Source of the DNA: a bacterium
GTDB lineage: Bacteria; Electryoneota; JAOADG01
NCBI GenBank assembly: GCA_963681965.1
Contig: OY820579.1
Location: 416,001 to 480,000, forward strand
Reading direction: 5' to 3'
DNA: 64,000 nucleotides
Below the pieces are notes generated by a model that saw nothing but the letters and a program-made list of their open reading frames with translations, made no database searches and was not told where the DNA came from. The position numbers and the translations under genes were made by a program. Below are positions 28,728 through 38,088 of this stretch, piece by piece (position 1 is the stretch's first letter; each line of letters opens with the position of its first letter).

Positions 28728-31493
28728 TTACTTTAATAGAACGATCTTCTGCGTCTTCGAAAACGCACCCGCTTGCAATCGCACAAAATATGTTCCACTC
28801 GCTAATCTCGAACCATCGATCTGCAATCGATATGTACCTGCAGTCTGATTCCGTTGCACAAATGAGCTGATTTCGCGTCCGGTAAGATCGAACAACTTTA
28901 GTTCGACAAAACCGGATTTCGGAAGCGAATACGAAAGGGTGGTAGTGGCGTTGAAGGGGTTGGGGTAATTCTGAGATAGGCTGAAATTGGTAAGTAAGGG
29001 TACGCTAAATGCTGGTACAGAAGTTATTATCCCAGAAATCGAAGTAATGAAGCCATCTCTTGAACCACTTAATGAGCTATCAATTGAGGCTGGAGCATTA
29101 GGAAAGTTGGGACTTCTAGTAAATCCACACACAAGAATGTTATTGCTATTGTCTATGCAGAGTCCATAAGGAGTTTCTATACCTGAGCCACCAAGAAAGC
29201 TACTATAAAATATTTGTGAACAATCAATATTCAATCTCGAGATAAAACAATCACGCAAGCCACCACCATAAAAACTCTGAAAAGCATCTGTAGTGATTGG
29301 AAACGAGTTGCTGGATGTCTGACCGGTTACTACAAGAGCATTGTAATTGTCAATCAGTATTTTACTTGCACTATTCGTCCCAGAATCACCCAAAAATGTA
29401 CTTGTTAAAACATGAGACAGCGTGCTATCAAGCCTAGAGACAAAACATGCAGATCCCTGAACCAGAGTGGTATCAAACGAACCAGGTGTAACTGGAAAGT
29501 TAGTACTTCCAGTAGAACCAGCAACAACAACGTTTCTGTTAGAATCTCTAATTAAATCGGATACACCATCATCTAACGAGCCGCCAAAGTACGTGCTTGA
29601 AACAAGTTGTGTTCCAATTGCACTTAAATGAGAAATGAAACCATCCATTCCACCGCTATTGACCGAAGAATAGGCACTTGGAGTCGTTGGCAAATTGTCA
29701 CTAGAGGTCCAACCACTAACAATTATCGAATTATCATTGCATTTGAGAATCGCACTGGGACAATCATATCCATTTCCACCCAAATAAGTACTATAAAGCA
29801 GAGTTGCTAAATTGTTTACATGAGCTGCAAAGCAATCATAGCTCCCCCCATTATAGGATGTATCAAAAACTCCAGTGGTAACTGGAAAATCATAGCTATT
29901 TGTATATCCGGCAACAAAGCAACCACCTAATCCATCATTGACAATTGCACTTCCAACATCGCCAGTATAATTGGTTGAGTCACCTGTAGAACCACCGAGA
30001 TAGGTACTGAATATGAGTTGTGATCCACTTGAACTAAACCTTGTTATAAATGCATTGTTGATGGGTGGAAAACCTACGCCTCTGTAACTACTTAAATTGG
30101 TGACAGGCAACGAATTGTCTCGAGTATACCCAGTGATAATTACTCCGTTAAACCCATCATTGCAAATAGCATTTGCGGAAGTAGCATTGAGAAAAGTACT
30201 ATACAGTAACTGACTTCCACTTTCAGTTATTTTAGTTACAAAACAGCAAGTATTATATGTGATAGAATCTAAGCATCCTGGTGTAAGAGGAAAGCCCTGA
30301 CCTTCAGTTGAGCCAGTTACAACTAATCCGTCACTTAAACCAGTAGCTGCGTATATGTAATCCATACTACTTCCCCCCAAATACGTACTATACACCAGTG
30401 GATCGATTCTCAGCGTCTGAGAGGCATCGTACCCATTCGGCAAATCGATCGCGAAGAGATTTTCCGACAAGAGTCTGAATTGTGCTGTGACAGCGTTTCC
30501 GCGAGCGCCATTTACGGTGGTTTGATAGGCACCCGGAATCGTCATTCGCAATTCACCGAGGGAGATGGGAAGCGACAGTTCATTCGATAATCGGAGGTCG
30601 GACACTCCTGTCCGACTCCTATTTGTGATAGAATTAATTGAGTCGACGGACAAGAGTGTCCGTCCTCCGCCTGCTATCGGCGCATCCAACCCCTCACACA
30701 CCATCTTAATTTGCTTGGGATCGGCACCGGGATGCACCACGAAATCGAATTCGAGATGGCCCTTGCTCTCATACCACTCGACATCGATTCCATTCCACAC
30801 ATCATGATACACCACGCGTGTAAAGTTCCGGCAATCCGGCGCCCACTTCGATGAGTCATTTCCGAGGAAATAATTATTGTGCCACGAAAGTTCGCCTTGT
30901 GTGTCGATCCATTTCGCTTGCGCGAAGGGTAGGTCGGAATTTATTCCGACATCCTCTTGTGTCGTGCATTTATCCGTAGGGGCGTATCGCATACGCCCTG
31001 TGGGCGCGAACGCGCCCATATTGGTTGGTGCATCTTGATCGGATAGGGGCGAATGCGATTGCCTTCGGCGAGCACTTTGTGGTTCGCCCCTACGGGAGTC
31101 GACAAATTTGAATTTGAGCGCGTGGGATTTTAATGCATATCGAGGAAGAAGGTTGCGATCCAAAGGATCAAAAGATGCGGGCGGATGCGGGGATCCGCCC
31201 CTACTGGCGTCAATGGGTTTCGTCGAATCGATCACAGACGTAACGAGGGTGACACCATCGCGCTCAAGGAACCAGGTGAAACCGTCGCGCCGCACCTCGC
31301 ACTTGTAGAGGACGGCAGAATCCCATTGTCCCCTGTTCTCGGTGAATTGGAATGGGTGCGGAAGGCGCGAGGATTGCACCGACACCGCAAATGTTTGTTG
31401 TGGGAGTAGTGAAAGCAAAAGCGATAGAGCGAAAACGAGCCTTGTCGCGGAGGCGAGTGTGCGAGTTCGCGGAATAGGATGGCGGACGTTCAT
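28728..31493 (-). CDS. Secreted SBBP (beta-propeller) repeat protein with conserved N-terminal domain and PNPFN-type C-terminal sorting domain
   Basis: Signal peptide; FTENRGQW, NYFLGND, DFVVHPGADP, IDPLVYSTYLGG; repeated STYLGG...G.T.S.NFP.T; SQNYPNPFN...KIVLLK. Start taken at ATG 31493. Confidence 0.9.
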   Translation of the reverse strand: MNVRHPIPRTRTLASATRLVFALSLLLSLLPQQTFAVSVQSSRLPHPFQFTENRGQWDSAVLYKCEVRRDGFTWFLERDGVTLVTSVIDSTKPIDASRGGSPHPPASFDPLDRNLLPRYALKSHALKFKFVDSRRGEPQSARRRQSHSPLSDQDAPTNMGAFAPTGRMRYAPTDKCTTQEDVGINSDLPFAQAKWIDTQGELSWHNNYFLGNDSSKWAPDCRNFTRVVYHDVWNGIDVEWYESKGHLEFDFVVHPGADPKQIKMVCEGLDAPIAGGGRTLLSVDSINSITNRSRTGVSDLRLSNELSLPISLGELRMTIPGAYQTTVNGARGNAVTAQFRLLSENLFAIDLPNGYDASQTLRIDPLVYSTYLGGSSMDYIYAATGLSDGLVVTGSTEGQGFPLTPGCLDSITYNTCCFVTKITESGSQLLYSTFLNATSANAICNDGFNGVIITGYTRDNSLPVTNLSSYRGVGFPPINNAFITRFSSSGSQLIFSTYLGGSTGDSTNYTGDVGSAIVNDGLGGCFVAGYTNSYDFPVTTGVFDTSYNGGSYDCFAAHVNNLATLLYSTYLGGNGYDCPSAILKCNDNSIIVSGWTSSDNLPTTPSAYSSVNSGGMDGFISHLSAIGTQLVSSTYFGGSLDDGVSDLIRDSNRNVVVAGSTGSTNFPVTPGSFDTTLVQGSACFVSRLDSTLSHVLTSTFLGDSGTNSASKILIDNYNALVVTGQTSSNSFPITTDAFQSFYGGGLRDCFISRLNIDCSQIFYSSFLGGSGIETPYGLCIDNSNNILVCGFTRSPNFPNAPASIDSSLSGSRDGFITSISGIITSVPAFSVPLLTNFSLSQNYPNPFNATTTLSYSLPKSGFVELKLFDLTGREISSFVQRNQTAGTYRLQIDGSRLASGTYFVRLQAGAFSKTQKIVLLK

Positions 31494-31778
31494 GGCGGCT
31501 CCGATCAGACAGGTAGTATCATCATTATTATAATGCTGACATAGTCTGTTTACAAACAAAATGGTGTGATACTGAAAGCTGAATAACGATTCCCCCAACA
31601 GTCGTTCCACCGCTTCCCAGCAATTGCCTTTCCTGAATTCGATCATTGCGGCGGGTGACTTCTGAAGAATACCGCCACTACCGAAATTAAATGATTGTGA
31701 TGGCTTTGATCCTGAGATCGACCCTATGTCGCTGCTCCCCGATTTCGTATATTCGATCGAACTGACACAAGGAACTGT

Positions 31779-32405
31779 ATGCCCGACCGTATCGGTCAAG
31801 TAATCGTCTGGATTCTGCTGTTGCCGCCCTTTATCATGTCATTGACTCTTCACGAGTTCGGACATGCGTATGCGGCGTACCGGCTGGGTGATCCAACCGC
31901 CAAAGCGATGGGTCGCTTGACCCTGAATCCGCTCAAACATCTCGACTGGTTCGGGTTGTTGATGATGTTCATCGTCCATTTCGGCTGGGCGAAACCGGTA
32001 CCGGTCGATCCGCGCTGGTTCCGCAATCCGCGTCGCGACATGCTCTGGGTCGCGTTGGCAGGACCGGCAATGAATTTTCTGCTGGCAGTCATCTCGGCAC
32101 TCCTGATCCGGTTCACGATCGCCCCCGACTCCGACAGTATCCTCGGTGGGGTACTCTGGTATACTATGATCGTAAATGTCACATTGGCAGTATTTAACCT
32201 GATCCCTGTCCCGCCACTAGACGGTTCCCGCGTACTCACCGGACTTTTACCGGAAAATCTGGCAGTATGGTATGCCGGGCTCGAACGCTATTCGATGTTT
32301 CTTCTGGTCGGACTTTTTCTTTACATTCAGTTTGTATCACCCGGGTTCATTAATACCCTGGTTCGCCCGTTTACGCAATTTTTTGCCGGATTAGCCGGAG
32401 GTTGA
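31779..32405 (+). CDS. Site-2 protease (peptidase M50) family protein
   Basis: HEFGH, GRLTLNP, GWAKPVP, AGP, NLIPVPPLDG. Confidence 0.93.
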   Translation: MPDRIGQVIVWILLLPPFIMSLTLHEFGHAYAAYRLGDPTAKAMGRLTLNPLKHLDWFGLLMMFIVHFGWAKPVPVDPRWFRNPRRDMLWVALAGPAMNFLLAVISALLIRFTIAPDSDSILGGVLWYTMIVNVTLAVFNLIPVPPLDGSRVLTGLLPENLAVWYAGLERYSMFLLVGLFLYIQFVSPGFINTLVRPFTQFFAGLAGG

Positions 32406-32412
32406 CCGCCGC

Positions 32413-34107
32413 ATGACTTTTCGCAGCATTTTATCGCTCGTCGCGTGTTTCGCGATTCTTCATATTTTTAGCGCCGGATCGCCGGTCATCGCGAAAACAT
32501 CGCGAAAACACCGCACTCCGAACGTGAATCCGATCGAAGCTGCAACCGCCGATTCGATTGAGCGCGCTAAAACTCACGATACCGATGAAGAAGCACCGGC
32601 AGTGCCACTCGACTCCTTGTCGCGTGCTAAAACGCTGCAAGAACGGCTTGATGAGTGGATGAACAAACCGCATGTGAATCAGGGTCAATGGGGCGTTCGC
32701 GTCGAGCATTTAGCCAATCGGGCAATCGTATACGACCACAATGGATCCAAACCGCTGATTCCCGCTTCTAACGCCAAGCTATTCACCGCCGCTGCCGCGT
32801 ATGAGAAACTCGGACCGAATTATCGCTACCGCACCGCATTCGTAGGAACCTGCCCACTGGACAAGAACGGCGTACTCAACGGTGATTTGCAGTTGGTTGG
32901 ATCGGGCGATCCGACGCTTTCGCGCATCTTCCACGACGACGATCTCTCGTCGCTTTTGCGGAGTTGGGCTGACTCGCTGATCGGTCGCGGTCTCAAACGA
33001 ATCACCGGAAAAATTGTCGTTCCGGAAGTCTTCTGGGCAGAATCGGGACCCGTTAAGGGATGGGAATGGAATGATCTTGCCGAAGAGTATGCCGCATTCC
33101 CCGACATCATGGCAATCAACGATAATTGTGTCGATCTGGTTGTCGATCCGGGCAAACAAGTCGGCGAACCAATCAAATGCTCGTTCGAACCACCCGAACT
33201 AGAGGGGGTGGAGGGTGTCGAAGTCGATGCCGTCACTGCCGAACAGAACACCGAATACAAGCTTTCAATCATCCCGGCGATCTGGACTGGACAATGGAAA
33301 GTGATGGGATCCATTCCGCTCGCAGCAAAGACGCGACGCACCCGCATGACGATTCGCAATCCGCGGGAAGTCTGGCGTCGCACATTCGAGTCAATTTTGA
33401 AATCGCGTGGCGTTGTCGTTGGCGCCGAACCGAAAAAGAAAAGGATCGCAGGGTTCGATGCCGAAGCCGCTACACTGAAACCGCAGAGTAAACCCGATAC
33501 CCTCTTGATCGTGGAATCGCTGCCGATGAAGCGGATTGTACACGAAGTGCTGAAACGATCGCACAATCTTTCCGCGGAACATCTCTTTCGTACGGTCGGA
33601 TATTTCGAAAGCGACGAATGGTCTACTGACGCCGGACGAGAAGCCGTCACCGAATTGATGAAAAAGTGGGGTTTGGACACCAAAACATTCGAATTGCAGG
33701 ATGGAAGCGGTCTCGGTCGCGGTGCGTGTGTTCCGCCGGCAGTATTTTGTCAATTACTCGAAGTCGTTGCCCAAAAACCCTGGTTTCCCGATTTCTATGA
33801 AGAAATGGCAGCCGCGGGCGAACAGGAAACAACGATGCAAAAACGCCACCTGTTGCTTCCCGATAACATTACGATCAAAGCCAAGACTGGTACGTTGCAT
33901 AAAGTATCGACGCTGTCCGGTTATATTTGCAGCCCAAGCGACACGTTGACTTTTTCCATTTTGAGTAACTTTTATTACGGCAGTGTACGTCGTGTAAAAG
34001 AAATTCAAAACGGTATTCTAACCGAATTGGCATGGTCGATCGCCGATCGCGGACCACAGAAAAAAGAAATTAGCGAACCGCCACCGGCGAAACGCTTCCC
34101 GAAATAG
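32413..34107 (+). CDS. dacB: D-alanyl-D-alanine carboxypeptidase/endopeptidase (PBP4, peptidase S13)
   Basis: PASNAK (SxxK), GSGDP, SHN, DGSGL, KTG. Confidence 0.93.
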   Translation: MTFRSILSLVACFAILHIFSAGSPVIAKTSRKHRTPNVNPIEAATADSIERAKTHDTDEEAPAVPLDSLSRAKTLQERLDEWMNKPHVNQGQWGVRVEHLANRAIVYDHNGSKPLIPASNAKLFTAAAAYEKLGPNYRYRTAFVGTCPLDKNGVLNGDLQLVGSGDPTLSRIFHDDDLSSLLRSWADSLIGRGLKRITGKIVVPEVFWAESGPVKGWEWNDLAEEYAAFPDIMAINDNCVDLVVDPGKQVGEPIKCSFEPPELEGVEGVEVDAVTAEQNTEYKLSIIPAIWTGQWKVMGSIPLAAKTRRTRMTIRNPREVWRRTFESILKSRGVVVGAEPKKKRIAGFDAEAATLKPQSKPDTLLIVESLPMKRIVHEVLKRSHNLSAEHLFRTVGYFESDEWSTDAGREAVTELMKKWGLDTKTFELQDGSGLGRGACVPPAVFCQLLEVVAQKPWFPDFYEEMAAAGEQETTMQKRHLLLPDNITIKAKTGTLHKVSTLSGYICSPSDTLTFSILSNFYYGSVRRVKEIQNGILTELAWSIADRGPQKKEISEPPPAKRFPK

Positions 34108-34197
34108 CGAACTTGATCGGTTCGGTCGTTCGCAACTCTAGCGTGAAAATTACTTGATCTTTTTTGCAGTAACAGTACTATCGAAAGGAGTGTATTT

Positions 34198-35889
34198 ATG
34201 CGCGCTCTAGTCGAGTGCGTCCCGAATTTCTCGGATGGACGTAACCAAGACACAATTCAAGCCATCTCAGCGGCAATTTCCTCGGTACCGGGTGTTGCAC
34301 TATTGAACGTCGAACCGGATCCGGATTACAATCGCACCGTGGTAACATTTGTCGGCGATCCATTGGCTTCAGTTGAAGCGGCATTCCGTGCTCATAAAGT
34401 TGCCGCGCAACGGATCGACATGACGAAACAAACCGGTAATCATCCCCGAATGGGTGCGGCGGATGTCGTTCCATTTATTCCGATTGCCAACAGTTCGATG
34501 AAAGAGTGCGTTACGCTGGCAGAATTGTACGCCGAGCGAGTTTGGACTGAATTGGGCATTCCGATGTACCTGTACGAAGCAGCCGCGCGGAAGCCCGATC
34601 GCAGAAACCTCGCCTCGATCCGAGCCGGTGAATATGAAGGATTGGAAGCAAAACTGCGCGACGAGAATTGGGCGCCAGATATCGGCAAACCGGTATTTGT
34701 TCCAAAAAGTGGCGCCACTGTAACCGGCGCACGTTTCTTCCTAGTGGCTTACAACGTAAATATCGACACTCCCGATTCGAAGTTAGTGAACGAAATTGCA
34801 CTCGACATCCGTTCGCTCGGTCGCCCCAAAGTCGATGAAAATGGACAACCGGTACTCAATGAAAAGGGCAAGAAGATTTTCATCCCCGGTCGATTGAAAG
34901 AGATCAAGGCAATGGGAGTTCCGTTGGAACGCGATGGGCGTTCTTTATCTCAAGTATCGATCAACGTGATCAACTATCGTATCACCGCACCGCATACCGC
35001 ATTCGATGAAGTTGTCAACGACGCGACCAAACTTGGATTAAAAATTACCGGAAGTGAAATTGTCGGACTTGTACCGCAAGAAGCATTGGTCCTTGCAGGA
35101 AAACATTCCCTCGAAAAGAAGGGTGTATCATCCAATGCGATTTCCGACGACGACTTGATGATGAAGGGTGTCGACTATCTGGGTCTGAACGATTTGTATC
35201 CATTCGATGTTTCGGAAAAGGTGATTGAGAAAATCGTCGAGAAGAAATTCGGCAGTAGCTCCACAGAAGCACTCGTTGATTTATCGGTCGAAAATTTTAC
35301 CAACAAGGTTGCTTCCGATAGCCCCGCCCCCGGCGGTGGCTCGGTCGCGGCAGCAGTCGCAGCACAAGGCGTAGCGCTGTTGGAAATGGTCTGTTGTTTA
35401 ACCGTTGGAAAGAAAAAATACGAAGCGGTTTGGGATGAATTATCGAAGATCCGCGAAGAAATCATGCCCTATCGTCAGGAACTGGTACGCGCAGTCGATC
35501 GCGATACCATCGCATTCAATTCCTTGATGGCTGCGATGAAGATGCCGAAAGAAACCGAACCGGACAAGGCAATTCGAAAGCAAGCGATCCTCGATGCAAC
35601 GCGCTTTGCCACCCAAGTACCGCTGCATGTTGTCCGAATTGCTTCTACAGCTCTTCAATTCGCTCAAGACATTGCCGCCAAAGGTAATACGAATGCGCTA
35701 TCGGATGTCGGGGTTGGTGCATCGATGTTACTTGCCGGCGCGCGCGGCGCAATGATGAACGTGATGATCAATCTGCCGGGATTACCAGAACCCGAACAAA
35801 TTATTATTCGTCATCAACTCGAGCAACTCATGGAATCGACTGAACGGGTTGCAGCGTCGGTTGTTGCTGAAGTGCAATCTAAGCTTTAA
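34198..35889 (+). CDS. ftcD: Glutamate formimidoyltransferase / cyclodeaminase fusion
   Basis: ECVPNFS.GR, G.HPRMGA.DV.PF, IR.GEYEG; C-terminal SDSPAPGGGS, GN.NA.SD. Confidence 0.93.
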   Translation: MRALVECVPNFSDGRNQDTIQAISAAISSVPGVALLNVEPDPDYNRTVVTFVGDPLASVEAAFRAHKVAAQRIDMTKQTGNHPRMGAADVVPFIPIANSSMKECVTLAELYAERVWTELGIPMYLYEAAARKPDRRNLASIRAGEYEGLEAKLRDENWAPDIGKPVFVPKSGATVTGARFFLVAYNVNIDTPDSKLVNEIALDIRSLGRPKVDENGQPVLNEKGKKIFIPGRLKEIKAMGVPLERDGRSLSQVSINVINYRITAPHTAFDEVVNDATKLGLKITGSEIVGLVPQEALVLAGKHSLEKKGVSSNAISDDDLMMKGVDYLGLNDLYPFDVSEKVIEKIVEKKFGSSSTEALVDLSVENFTNKVASDSPAPGGGSVAAAVAAQGVALLEMVCCLTVGKKKYEAVWDELSKIREEIMPYRQELVRAVDRDTIAFNSLMAAMKMPKETEPDKAIRKQAILDATRFATQVPLHVVRIASTALQFAQDIAAKGNTNALSDVGVGASMLLAGARGAMMNVMINLPGLPEPEQIIIRHQLEQLMESTERVAASVVAEVQSKL

Positions 35890-35914
35890 CAATCCAACTC
35901 AATTTGAATATCGT

Positions 35915-35940
35915 AAAGGGCGCGTAATGCGCCCTTTTTT
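35915..35940 (+). terminator. Intrinsic terminator
   Basis: AAAGGGCGC-gtaat-GCGCCCTTTTTT. Confidence 0.8.
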
Positions 35941-36143
35941 GGTGCCCTGAGAGTCCGATGCTACCGACATTTTCTCGTTTGCGTCGAATCAATCAATCTC
36001 CAACCTCAATCAATGATTGTAACAAAAATGATTGCAACTTTCGATCTTATATTTGCACCAGTTTAGTAGAAACCATTGCTTACCTCTAAACCGACGTGTT
36101 ACATTTAAGTCATACTAAGAGACACTAACTAGCCGAGGAAGCT

Positions 36144-37715
36144 ATGAGCCGCAAACTGGTGGTTTCAATATTTTTGCTTACAGCAATTCTCCACTTTGCT
36201 ATCTCCTCGACCGGAACTCCAGAAAAAAATCTCAACGCTGCCAATCCCGAAATAAACCGAGTACAAATCGAAAAGGCGATCGCATACTATCGTCAATTAG
36301 GGGATTCGTTGAAATTTGAGGCGTTGCGATTATTGATAACAAATATGAGTCGTCTCTACTACGAAGAGTATACATTAATCGATTCGTCGCGCGTTGAGGT
36401 TCCTTTCGATGTTATGTCGTTTACCACGTATGACGATGCAACTGAAGCGATGTCAAAATTAGCAACATCGTATCGCGGACTACATTTCGAATTGAAAAAA
36501 CGAGATTTCGACATTGAGTCAGTGCGAGCAGAATTTATCATCAACAACATCGAATTGGCGTTTAAGGCTTGGCGAACAAAACCGTGGGCCCGGTCGCTGC
36601 CATTTCGAACCTTTGAAGAGTATATTCTTCCCTATCGCGGATCGCATGAAAAGCTTTCAAACTGGCGTGAATACTTCTACAATAAATTCCGAGATGTACC
36701 AACTCAGTTGGAAGATCCAACCGACCCGGTTGCCGCGGCACGGGTAATTTGTAAAGGTGTCCTCGATAGTTTTCAAGTCGATTCGCGCTTTTATTATCGT
36801 CCTACAGATTTAACTTTCGACGAGATGATGACACTTAAGCATGGTCGGTGCGAAGATGTATCGAACATGGTTCAGTATGCCGGTCGTGCCAACGGAATCG
36901 TGATCTACAGCGATTTTGTACCTTGCTGGGCGAATGCTGAAAACAATCACATCTGGAATGTCGTTCGTGGTCGCAATGGAAAAGCCGTATCGATCGAAAC
37001 AGGTGAAGACCTTCACGAAGCATTTGCGCTGCAAGGTAAAGCACCCAAGATTTATCGGACGACGTTCTCCGATCAAAAATCAAGTTTAGCGATGCAAATT
37101 CGATCCGGCGAAGAAATACCGCCGTTGCTAATTCTTCGCTCGATGATCGATGTTACGAAAGATTATGTGGACGTAGCCGACGTCGATATCGATATACCGG
37201 TACAGGTTCCGACGAATTCGCGGTTCGCTTATCTCTGTGTCTTTAACAGTGGATCTTGGAAACCAGTCGACTGGGCGCGAATCAATAAAGGTCATGCGAA
37301 CTTTCGAAATATTGGAAAATCGATTGTCTACTGTCCGGCGTTTTATGTGAACAGTACGGTTGTCCCGTTCGGAGATCCATTCTTATTGGACGAAAATGGC
37401 GAGACGCATCCTCTAACAAGCGATTCATTGCAAATGGCGACCTATTCTCTCAAAACCTTACTGCGGAAAGAGATTATCGGTGTAACTGTCGAACGTAATG
37501 TGATGGATCTCGATTCCGGAGCTACTTACGAATTGTACTACTGGAAAAATGGCTGGAAGCCAGTCGGTTCCGAGGTTTACACAAAAGAAAATGGATCGCT
37601 GGTATTTCAGCAAGTTCCGGTCAATCAACTATACTGGTTGGTCAAGCGGGAATCGGCAAAAAAATTCGACGAGCGGATTTTCACTATTCAAAAAGGGAAA
37701 CAAGTTTGGTGGTAA
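36144..37715 (+). CDS. Secreted transglutaminase-like (papain-fold) protein, paralog 1
   Basis: Signal peptide; F.EYILPYR...E...WR; GRCED; DFVP.WAN..NNHIWN; paralogous to 44813-46435. Confidence 0.8.
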   Translation: MSRKLVVSIFLLTAILHFAISSTGTPEKNLNAANPEINRVQIEKAIAYYRQLGDSLKFEALRLLITNMSRLYYEEYTLIDSSRVEVPFDVMSFTTYDDATEAMSKLATSYRGLHFELKKRDFDIESVRAEFIINNIELAFKAWRTKPWARSLPFRTFEEYILPYRGSHEKLSNWREYFYNKFRDVPTQLEDPTDPVAAARVICKGVLDSFQVDSRFYYRPTDLTFDEMMTLKHGRCEDVSNMVQYAGRANGIVIYSDFVPCWANAENNHIWNVVRGRNGKAVSIETGEDLHEAFALQGKAPKIYRTTFSDQKSSLAMQIRSGEEIPPLLILRSMIDVTKDYVDVADVDIDIPVQVPTNSRFAYLCVFNSGSWKPVDWARINKGHANFRNIGKSIVYCPAFYVNSTVVPFGDPFLLDENGETHPLTSDSLQMATYSLKTLLRKEIIGVTVERNVMDLDSGATYELYYWKNGWKPVGSEVYTKENGSLVFQQVPVNQLYWLVKRESAKKFDERIFTIQKGKQVWW

Positions 37716-37757
37716 TACACTATCTTTCCGATTAACCACAGGTGAATCTAATTCGAT

Positions 37758-37786
37758 ATGGGCGATCTTCTCGCCCATTTTTATTT
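37758..37786 (+). terminator. Intrinsic terminator
   Basis: ATGGGCGA-tcttc-TCGCCCAT followed by TTTTATTT. Confidence 0.7.
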
Positions 37787-37881
37787 GTCTTGGGTTTAAT
37801 TATGGATCGTTGCCTCAATTCAATGTCAGAGATCACCTGACTTCGGGAGGACGACCGACGACACCTACTCTAGTGAACCGG

Positions 37882-37999
37882 TATAGTGATTCTTGAAAAT
37901 AAGTTGTCATGATTCAGTGTCAGGCTTCGCCTGACCTGCGGGCGGACGCGGGGATCCGCCCCTACTACCGATAACAACTTATTTTCAAGAGATACTATA
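37882..37999 (+). mobile_element. MITE-like element, copy 3
   Basis: TATAGTGATTCTTGAAAATAAGTTGT...ACAACTTATTTTCAAGAGATACTATA. Confidence 0.82.
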
Positions 38000-38035
38000 T
38001 ACTTGCAATCTGAATCAGTAAACCTGATCAAGAAT

Positions 38036-38068
38036 GAAAAAAGGCGAACCGGATGGTTCGCCTTTTCT
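38036..38068 (-). terminator. Intrinsic terminator of the S8 peptidase gene (possibly bidirectional)
   Basis: AAAAGGCGAACC-ggat-GGTTCGCCTTTT. Confidence 0.8.
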
Positions 38069-38088
38069 CGCAATCGATGAATCGATGC

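Noticed and set aside
32826-33683. 285-aa minus-strand ORF
   Set aside because: Antisense shadow of dacB with no independent evidence.
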